From: Nitrospirota bacterium
GTDB taxonomy: Bacteria > Nitrospirota > Thermodesulfovibrionia > Thermodesulfovibrionales > Dissulfurispiraceae
Direction: 5' to 3'
Length of the DNA: 64,000 bases
Assembly: GCA_040758355.1 (NCBI GenBank)
Contig: JBFLWF010000001.1
Location: 128,001 to 192,000, forward strand
A program made the position numbers and the translations under genes. The notes under the pieces were generated by a model. It made no database searches. It was not told the origin of the DNA and saw only the letters and a program-made list of their open reading frames with translations. Below, piece by piece: positions 57,459 through 64,000 of the stretch; position 1 is the stretch's first letter, and every line of letters begins with the position of its first letter.

Positions 57459-58221
57459 GGGCCCTCAAAATATATGTCTCCATTATCCAGCCGTTATTCT
57501 TTTTTGCCTCATTCCTTGTCCTTATAATCTCATCGAGGACTTCCTTTAGTCTGCCAGAAATGAGAATCTCTTCTCCTGTTCCGAGATAACCACCCCAGTA
57601 AATATGGAGGTCTGCATCCGTAAAGTTTCTGTAAGTTAGATAATTATCCAGCAGCACCACACTATTTTTAACATCATCAGGATGAATCTCTTTCAGTCTC
57701 CTGCCCGTAGTGATAAGGATACTCTCGCCAATGAAATTCAGGGGAATCTTATGCCTTGCTGTCAATACCTGCATGCTTGTTATTCCTGGTATAACTTCAA
57801 ATTCGAAATCTACCCGTCCTTCTTTAAGGATATAATTGAGTATCTCTGTATGGCCGTCATAAAGGGAAGGATCGCCCCAGATGAGAATGGCGCCTGTTTC
57901 ACCATCAGTTATCTCCTGTTTTATTAAGGTAGATATAATCTCTGCCTTTTGTTTTCTCCATGAGGCGACCTTTTCTTTATAGACCTCTAATTCCTTGCCA
58001 CCCTTTTTTCTTTCAGGAATCTTTACTGTCATAACCCTGTATCTTTCATCGGGCAGATACCTTTGTAATATCTCCTTCCTGAGTTTAACAAGGTCTTCGT
58101 TTTTTTCAGACTCCTTCTCAAGAATAAAAAAGACATTTACCTTTTTTAATGTATTTATAGCCTGAATCGTGAGATGTTCAGGATTGCCGGTACCTATGCC
58201 GATAAGATATATTTTTTTCAT
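57442..58221 (-). CDS. cobF: Precorrin-6A synthase (deacetylating)
   Basis: IGIGTGNPEHLTIQA, WGDPSLYD, IPGITSMQVLTARH.IPLN.IG, ITTGRRL, IYWGGYLG and GWIMETY, which are CobF-specific motifs. Confidence 0.85.
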   Translation of the reverse strand: MKKIYLIGIGTGNPEHLTIQAINTLKKVNVFFILEKESEKNEDLVKLRKEILQRYLPDERYRVMTVKIPERKKGGKELEVYKEKVASWRKQKAEIISTLIKQEITDGETGAILIWGDPSLYDGHTEILNYILKEGRVDFEFEVIPGITSMQVLTARHKIPLNFIGESILITTGRRLKEIHPDDVKNSVVLLDNYLTYRNFTDADLHIYWGGYLGTGEEILISGRLKEVLDEIIRTRNEAKKNNGWIMETYILRAHDNNE

Positions 58222-58248
58222 TTTATCCCCTTTTTGTCAGTCTATTTG

Positions 58249-58767
58249 TTAGTGTTCAATGCCCCTTCTCGCTTTTACGCCTTTTTTGTAGTAATGCTTT
58301 ATTTCCTTCATTTCCGTTACAAGGTCTGCCATTTCTATAATTTTCTCATCGGCATATCTGCCTGTAAGAACAACCTCCATGCCTGAAGGCCTGGAATTTA
58401 ACAAATCCACAATGTCTTCGACATTCAGGAGTTTGTAGTGCACTGCGACATTTATCTCATCCAGCACCACCAGGTCATAGGTTTTAGATGAAATTATGTT
58501 TTTCACCTCTTCAAATCCTTTTTGGGCTGCTTCGATCTCTGATTGCGTCGGCTTTTCGCCCTTTATAAATCCTGTCCCGTATTGTTTGACGGTAATCAGG
58601 TCTTTAAACCTATCCAGTGCCTTGTGCTCGCTGCATCTCCTTTTCTTAATAAACTGCGCAATGAATACTTTGAGTCCTGCGCCTGCTGCCCTCAATGCGA
58701 GACCAAGGGCTGCCGTAGTTTTTCCTTTGCTGTTGCCGGTGTAAACCTGTACGTACCCTTTACGCAT
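58249..58767 (-). CDS. cobO: Cob(I)yrinic acid a,c-diamide adenosyltransferase (BtuR/CobO)
   Basis: YTGNSKGKTTAA, QFIK, LDEIN, LTGR, ADLVTEM and GIE. Confidence 0.93.
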   Translation of the reverse strand: MRKGYVQVYTGNSKGKTTAALGLALRAAGAGLKVFIAQFIKKRRCSEHKALDRFKDLITVKQYGTGFIKGEKPTQSEIEAAQKGFEEVKNIISSKTYDLVVLDEINVAVHYKLLNVEDIVDLLNSRPSGMEVVLTGRYADEKIIEMADLVTEMKEIKHYYKKGVKARRGIEH

Positions 58768-59611
58768 ACAACCTCGCTATCTCTCTTCTTGCCTCGCCGA
58801 TGGTGAGAGGGATTCTCTCAAAGGGCATATTATCCTCATGCTTTAGCTTGTAAATTAGTTCCGCAATCTGTGGTAGCCTGAGTTTGACATTTGACATATC
58901 CTCCGGCGCTGTGAAGACATCCTCGGGAATGCCTCCCCTCGCAACACGACCCCTGCTTAAAATATAAAGCCTGTCGAGGAATAATGGGACAAGGTCAACG
59001 CTGTGTGTAGCCATGACAATGGTTACTCCATTTCCCTTGTTCAGCTTTGTGAGGAGATTCATCATTTTATACTCTCCCATGGGATCCAATCCTGCAGTGG
59101 GTTCATCAAGGAGCAGTATCTCATGCCCCATAGCAAGAAGCCCTGCAATGCACACCCTTTTCTTTTGCCCGAAGCTGAGGTTGTGAATGGACTTTTTTGC
59201 ATATCCATCCATCTCCACATATTTAAGGGCATTATTAACTCGACTGACAACCTCATTTTCTGAAAAGCCCATATTTATCGGCCCGAATGCCACATCTTCG
59301 AATACTGTTGCAGCAAAAAGCTGGTCGTCAGGGTTTTGAAAGACAAGACCAGCCTTTCTATATATCTCTTTTGGAGATAGTTTTTTAATATTAGCTCCAT
59401 CAAGGAGAATATTTCCCTCAAAGTCCTTAAGCAGTCCGTCCATTATCTTTAATAATGTTGTTTTCCCCGAACCGTTTGAACCCAGTATGCCGATGAATTC
59501 ACCCCTTTTTATCTCAAGGCTTATGTCAGACAGGGCTGTTGTCCCGTCAGGATATTTAAATGAATTAATATTTACAGATAGTCTTATCTGACTGCTTTTT
59601 ATATTTTCCAT
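58760..59611 (-). CDS. cbiO: Cobalt ECF transporter ATPase
   Basis: GSNGSGKTT, FQNPDDQLF, LSFGQKKRV and LDEPTAGLD. Confidence 0.92.
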   Translation of the reverse strand: MENIKSSQIRLSVNINSFKYPDGTTALSDISLEIKRGEFIGILGSNGSGKTTLLKIMDGLLKDFEGNILLDGANIKKLSPKEIYRKAGLVFQNPDDQLFAATVFEDVAFGPINMGFSENEVVSRVNNALKYVEMDGYAKKSIHNLSFGQKKRVCIAGLLAMGHEILLLDEPTAGLDPMGEYKMMNLLTKLNKGNGVTIVMATHSVDLVPLFLDRLYILSRGRVARGGIPEDVFTAPEDMSNVKLRLPQIAELIYKLKHEDNMPFERIPLTIGEARREIARLYA

Positions 59612-60366
59612 ATAAATCCCATTGCAGTTATGAATAGCGCCGAGACAATAACTTCAGCCGGTTTGAAGGGCTTATGCCTTAACATCGGGATATTTCCGTC
59701 ATAGCCCCTTTGAATCATTGACACTGTGATATTGTGGCTGTGCTCAAATGCCTTGAGCATCAGGGATCCGGCGAGGGTGCCGAATGAGCCGAGTCCACGC
59801 CTTATGTTTGAGTAACCGAGGCGATTTTTCTGTGCATTATAAATGACCATTGCATCCTCAAAGAGAACAAAAATATATCTATATGCAAACATCAATACCT
59901 CTATAAAACCTTTTGGAATTCTCAGCCATGAAAGTCCTGCGATAAATTCCGTAAACGGCGTAGAAAATCCCATTACAGCAACAATGGAGACCGCGCCCAG
60001 GATTCTGATTGCAATCATCAACCCATCCATAAGTCCGTCTTTATATCCTGTTAAAGTGAGAAGTGAGAAGTGAGAGGTAGGAAGCGAGATGGAGAAAAGC
60101 ACATCCTTCCCTGAAAAAAATAATTTCAGGAGGATTATTATCGATGCAATGAAGACCGGCTCTGAAAATCTTAATAAAAAGACCTTCAACGGTATTCTCA
60201 TCCACATGCAGAGAAAGAGGCATATTGATGTTACGAACAATGGAAGGGCAAAGCCCTTATAGCTCAAGACCATTACAAGAATGGCAAGGCTGACAAGTAT
60301 CTTTACCCTCGAATCGATCTTTGAAAGGATATGTTCTTTTTTGAAATATTCAGAAAATAGTTCCAT
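59599..60366 (-). CDS. cbiQ: Cobalt ECF transporter T component
   Basis: DSRVK, FAYRYIFVL, AQKNRLG and MIQRGY. Confidence 0.9.
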   Translation of the reverse strand: MELFSEYFKKEHILSKIDSRVKILVSLAILVMVLSYKGFALPLFVTSICLFLCMWMRIPLKVFLLRFSEPVFIASIIILLKLFFSGKDVLFSISLPTSHFSLLTLTGYKDGLMDGLMIAIRILGAVSIVAVMGFSTPFTEFIAGLSWLRIPKGFIEVLMFAYRYIFVLFEDAMVIYNAQKNRLGYSNIRRGLGSFGTLAGSLMLKAFEHSHNITVSMIQRGYDGNIPMLRHKPFKPAEVIVSALFITAMGFIWKI

Positions 60367-60370
60367 GCCT

Positions 60371-60697
60371 CTATTTGTTTCCTGTAACCTGTATTCTTGC
60401 TTCTGATTTCCGGCTTCTGCCCTCTGTCAGTGACCTCCAATAATATCCTGCTGCAAATCCTCCTACTGCACCTGCGAGGAGAAAGACAAAGAGCAGCAGG
60501 TCTCCCTGGTCTGTGTTTATCAATGGTTCTTTTGCCTCCCTGCCATGCTCCTTTGCGAATTTCTCTATTACGGATTCGTCAACGCCGGACCATTTGTCAG
60601 AGGCAAAAACAACAGTGAATAGTGAACAGTGAATAGCGAACAGTAAGAAAACAATCAAGAAAATTTGAAATTTGAAATTTGAAATTTGAAATCTCAT
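60371..60697 (-). CDS. cbiN: CbiN-like cobalt transporter accessory protein
   Basis: WSGVDESVIEK...DQGDLLLFVFLLAGAVGGFAAGYYWR; lies between cbiM and cbiQ. Confidence 0.7.
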   Translation of the reverse strand: MRFQISNFKFQIFLIVFLLFAIHCSLFTVVFASDKWSGVDESVIEKFAKEHGREAKEPLINTDQGDLLLFVFLLAGAVGGFAAGYYWRSLTEGRSRKSEARIQVTGNK

Positions 60698-61464
60698 GCT
60701 GTCACCTCCTCGGGCTTAAGGACACGCATCTTTACAAGAAGATCTGGACGCTTTTTATAAAGCAGTACAACCATTCCTGCTGTCATTGCACCCTCAAGGA
60801 TTCCGAGGGGTAGTTGTGTAGGTATGAATGCAATGAGTATCTTCCAGAAAAGCGGCATGAATGGAGAGTCTCCCTTTATGCCTGATGCAAGCTCAACCGA
60901 TGTGGTGAAGTATGTTGCCCAGTCTGCAAACAATCCTGCCATGAATCCCGAGATTGCCATGTTTATTTTCAGTGAGCGCAATGCCCTGAAGGTCAAGAAT
61001 CCTGCAAAGGAGCCCATTACGCCCATTGATACTATATCTGCGCCCCATGTGCTTAGACCTCCATGAGCAAGGAATAATGCCTGAATAAGCAATGCCACTG
61101 CCGTAATCAGTATGCTGATTGCCGGTCCTACAAGTATACCCGATATTCCTGTGCCGCAAGGGTGCGAGCATGTGCCTGCGGTCGGCACGGGTATGGGCAT
61201 GCACGAGATGATAAAAACAACTGCTGCCATGAGTCCCACAAGTGGTTTGAATGACAGGTCAATTGAAGATTGCTTTTTTAGTTTATACAATCCCCATGCT
61301 ACAAAGGGTGCTGCAACGACTGACCAGAATAATGCCCAGTTAAATGGCAATATGCCCTCTGAAATATGCATGGCGTGGGCATCAGAAACAGTAAACAGTG
61401 AATAGTGAATAGTGAATAGTGATAAAAAAATTTGAAATTTGAAATTTGAAATTTGAAATTTCAT
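60694..61464 (-). CDS. cbiM: Cobalt ECF transporter S component
   Basis: Signal peptide ending AHA, mature N-terminus MHISEG, SHPCGTG and AHGGLSTWGA. Confidence 0.92.
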   Translation of the reverse strand: MKFQISNFKFQIFLSLFTIHYSLFTVSDAHAMHISEGILPFNWALFWSVVAAPFVAWGLYKLKKQSSIDLSFKPLVGLMAAVVFIISCMPIPVPTAGTCSHPCGTGISGILVGPAISILITAVALLIQALFLAHGGLSTWGADIVSMGVMGSFAGFLTFRALRSLKINMAISGFMAGLFADWATYFTTSVELASGIKGDSPFMPLFWKILIAFIPTQLPLGILEGAMTAGMVVLLYKKRPDLLVKMRVLKPEEVTA

Positions 61465-62471
61465 AGTCCCTCCTTTGATATTTTTAATAATGCATTTATA
61501 ATTGCTACTGCCACTGGCGTGCCACCCTTTCTGCTTAAATTTGTTATAAACGGAAATTTCTGTGCTGCAAGCAGTGCCTTTGATTCCAATGCCTTGACAA
61601 AGCCAACAGGGACACCGACGACGAGAATGGGTGAATGGGTGAATAGGTGAATAGGTGAATTGAACATTTCGATAACTTTCAATAATGCGGTCGGCGCATT
61701 GCCTATAGCGATGATGCCTATATTGTTGTTTGCCTGCAATGCCTTTTTAATGGCTATTTCAGAACGGGTCTTGCCCGTGTCCTTTGAGAGCCTGACAACA
61801 TCTTCATCATTGATATTGCAGATAACCTTTCCGCCATATGGCTCAAGCCATCTTTTGATAATTCCAGTTTTTACCATTTCAACATCAGTAAGGATGTTCT
61901 TGCCTGCTTTTATAGCATCTATTCCTGTCCTTATGGCATCTGGATGGAACATGAGCGTATTCTTGAATTCAAAGTCGGCAGTGGAATGTATTACTCTTTT
62001 TATAATGGGCAGTTGCTCCGGCGGCATATCGCTTAAATCGGCCTCCTCAGAGATTATCTCAAAGCTCCTCTTCTCAATATCATGCGGTTTTAAACCATTT
62101 GCTGTATGTATCCTTTCCATCACCACATGCACCAATTTTTCGTGGATGCCGAGTGGCTCTGTGTAAATGAATTCCCTGTCAGGATACATATCTTTTGCCT
62201 CCTTTATTATCTCAGGGATATCCTTCGTGACATGCATGCCGCTGCTTAAAAAATAGGGATGGATGACTATCCTTTTGGCCCCGCTAAGAACACACTCCTT
62301 GATTGCGTCCGCAATCCCGGGCTCTGCAAACTGAAGGTATGCGACCTTTACACAGTTGTTGTTGCAGTTTGGATGAATTGCACTGTGCAGAAGCCTGCCT
62401 GTGAGTTCGATGTTGTTGGCGTCTTTTTTAGGACTTCCGTGTCCTATAAGTATTATGTTCTCCATTATCAC
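61461..62471 (-). CDS. cbiXC: CbiX (sirohydrochlorin cobaltochelatase)-CbiC (precorrin-8X methylmutase) fusion
   Basis: GHGS, AYLQFAEP and PYFLSSGMHV..DIP, followed by IEKRSFEII, RVIHSTAD, IGNAPTAL, PVGFV and RKGGT. Confidence 0.9.
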   Translation of the reverse strand: MIMENIILIGHGSPKKDANNIELTGRLLHSAIHPNCNNNCVKVAYLQFAEPGIADAIKECVLSGAKRIVIHPYFLSSGMHVTKDIPEIIKEAKDMYPDREFIYTEPLGIHEKLVHVVMERIHTANGLKPHDIEKRSFEIISEEADLSDMPPEQLPIIKRVIHSTADFEFKNTLMFHPDAIRTGIDAIKAGKNILTDVEMVKTGIIKRWLEPYGGKVICNINDEDVVRLSKDTGKTRSEIAIKKALQANNNIGIIAIGNAPTALLKVIEMFNSPIHLFTHSPILVVGVPVGFVKALESKALLAAQKFPFITNLSRKGGTPVAVAIINALLKISKEGL

Positions 62472-63811
62472 TCCTTTATAAAATTTATAAAAGTCTTTGC
62501 AATATTGCTATTGCTTCCAAAATGCAGATGCACATAGCTCGCAAGGGTATTTTCAATCCTGTATCCTTCGTTTTGAAGATCTTGGCCAGTATTATCAAAC
62601 AGTGAATAACAAGTAGTTAGGGCTGAAGGCTGAAGGCTGAAGGCTGAAGGCTTTATCTCCGAATAATGGAATTCATGTCCTCTCAGTTTGTCTCCTTTTT
62701 TGCCGTGTATGCAGTCATCGTTTAATATGACCTCTCTGTAGCCTAAATGAGATCGTCCATTTTTCATCTGTGTCTCGAAAGGAAATACACCGGCCATTTT
62801 GAAGAAATTACCATCACAATCATGAATTCCCCTTGACAGATACATTAAGCCTCCGCATTCGGCATACATTGGCTTTCCTGAGTCAGCCCAGTTATAAATG
62901 GCCTCAAGCATCGATTGGTTTTTTGATAGCTCCCCGGCATAAAGCTCTGGATAGCCGCCGCCGATGTATATGGCATCGGCTTCAGGGATAGCTTGATTAT
63001 AAAGAGGGCTGAATTTTATTATCTCCGCTCCGGCGTCTTTTAATAGGTCAAGATTGTCTTCATAATAAAAGCAGAAGGCTCTGTCGTAAGCGATGGCGAT
63101 TTTTGGAGCCGATGTCGGGGACAGTCCCGATTCTACGGCTGCGCCCGTAAATCTGGGACAGTCCCCTATGGCAAGAATCGCTTCTATATGCACATGCTTT
63201 AAAACCGCATCCGCAAGCCTTTCAATGTTCTCTCCGGCAATAGGATTTTCTTCTGCAACGGCTAATCCGAGATGTCTGTGCGGAATCTCGAAGTTCAAAT
63301 CCCTCGGCAGGTATCCTAAAACCTCAACACCACGAACACTATTTTTAAGCCTTTTGAAATGCCTTTCCGATGCCACCCGATTAAAGATTATGCCTTTAAT
63401 TAAATTTGGATTTTTGTATTCCATAAAGCCTTTCACAACTGCCCCTGCGCTTTCTGCCATGCCGTACGCATCGACAACCAGGATAACGGGCAGATTAAGC
63501 GCATCTGCCAATCTTGCCGTGCTGAAGTCTCCGTCATATAGGCCCATGACGCCTTCTACAACCGATATGTCAACACCTGTTGAGTGTTTATGAAAGCAGG
63601 CTTTCACGTAATCCTCGCCGCACATCCATAAATCGAGGTTTCTTGATGGTCTGCCGGTAATCATTCTGTGGAGTCCTGTGTCTATGAAGTCAGGGCCTGC
63701 CTTGAATGACTGAACAGCCATCCCCTTTTTCTTTAAGGCTGCAAGCACGCCTAAAGTAATCGTTGTCTTCCCGCAGCCGCTGTGTGTGCCTGCTATTACT
63801 ACCCCCGGCAT
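62468..63811 (-). CDS. cbiA: Cobyrinate a,c-diamide synthase
   Basis: SGCGKTT, GPDFID, EGVMGLYDG, RHLGL, YAECGG, GHEFHYS and YVHLHF. Confidence 0.93.
   Translation of the reverse strand: MPGVVIAGTHSGCGKTTITLGVLAALKKKGMAVQSFKAGPDFIDTGLHRMITGRPSRNLDLWMCGEDYVKACFHKHSTGVDISVVEGVMGLYDGDFSTARLADALNLPVILVVDAYGMAESAGAVVKGFMEYKNPNLIKGIIFNRVASERHFKRLKNSVRGVEVLGYLPRDLNFEIPHRHLGLAVAEENPIAGENIERLADAVLKHVHIEAILAIGDCPRFTGAAVESGLSPTSAPKIAIAYDRAFCFYYEDNLDLLKDAGAEIIKFSPLYNQAIPEADAIYIGGGYPELYAGELSKNQSMLEAIYNWADSGKPMYAECGGLMYLSRGIHDCDGNFFKMAGVFPFETQMKNGRSHLGYREVILNDDCIHGKKGDKLRGHEFHYSEIKPSAFSLQPSALTTCYSLFDNTGQDLQNEGYRIENTLASYVHLHFGSNSNIAKTFINFIKE
63117..63166. repeat. In-frame REP-like element in the CbiA linker
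   Basis: GGGGACAGTCCC-GATTCTACGG..CCGTAAATC-TGGGACAGTCCCC; encodes GDCPRFTGAAVESGLSP. Confidence 0.8.
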
Positions 63812-64000
63812 ATATACGCAAGCTCCTTAAGCAGTTTCATGTTGTCCTTGTTTGATTTTACTGCAATTCTCATATATGAGCTATCGAGTCCCATGAAATT
63901 GGAACAATCCCTTATCATCACTCCTCTATTTCTAAGGGATGAAATTATCTTTTGAGCATTCTCATGCTTAATTAAATAAAAATTGACAGTTGATGGAAAA
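63799..64000 (-). CDS. cobD: Threonine-phosphate decarboxylase / HisC-like aminotransferase, C-terminal fragment
   Basis: Manual translation gives FPSTVNFYL...GVMIRDCSNFMGLDSSYMRIAVK...ICRG*. It overlaps the cbiA start. Confidence 0.75.
   Translation of the reverse strand, partial: FPSTVNFYLIKHENAQKIISSLRNRGVMIRDCSNFMGLDSSYMRIAVKSNKDNMKLLKELAYICRG

Larger units (their letters stand above)
51859..63166. repeat. Dense set of in-frame short tandem arrays across the cob cluster
   Basis: CTGACTG-type at 51859-51889, 55939-55967, 56741-56772. TGGAGTNN-type at 52062-52092, 52442-52473, 52855-52881, 53650-53679, 57216-57255. CATTACG at 53303-53361. AGGCAAT at 56880-56910. AAGTGAG at 60054-60088. 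AAYAGTG at 60611-60644, 61387-61421. AAATTTG at 60661-60694, 61428-61461. GAATRGGT at 61625-61660. GGCTGAA at 62621-62652. Confidence 0.9.

Noticed and set aside
1..64000. tRNA/rRNA genes, prophage, transposase, cobalamin riboswitch
   Set aside because: None was recognisable by eye. The 5' end of the cob operon lies outside the window, so a riboswitch cannot be assessed.

Overview
A gene-dense bacterial chromosomal window. Gene content and order (reductive-type dsrAB-dsrD ... dsrN ... dsrC-dsrT-dsrMKJOP) suggest a sulfate/sulfur-metabolising anaerobe, most like Nitrospirota (Thermodesulfovibrionia); the taxonomy is inference only. From left to right it carries: partial hisD; a sigma54-driven acetate uptake/activation operon (cNMP-CBS-DUF294 nucleotidyltransferase, DEDDh nuclease-like protein, DUF4212, ActP-like symporter, YggT, acs); fdhF with AsrA/AsrB(HydBG)-like subunits; an unexplained GntR-regulated cluster (two FMN split-barrel proteins, a ferredoxin/beta-carbonic-anhydrase fusion, an MBL-fold hydrolase); a CrbS-like symporter-kinase with an NtrC-type regulator; gyrA; a moxR-DUF58-transglutaminase operon; glcD-like, rpsU, RRM and smc genes; the dsr cluster interrupted by a HAMP/7-heme cytochrome/HAMP cassette; a convergent dsrH/E/F-like-tusA operon; and a cobamide cluster with bzaF and an unexpected cobF. 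Two repeat phenomena are not explained by the genes. (1) More than 20 short 7- or 8-bp tandem arrays of about ten different unit sequences, mostly inserted in frame in protein linkers, termini and signal peptides, and concentrated in the cob cluster. (2) Four copies of a ~210-bp element with terminal inverted repeats and a long inner stem showing compensatory base changes. All product calls come from motif recognition by eye; no database search was run.
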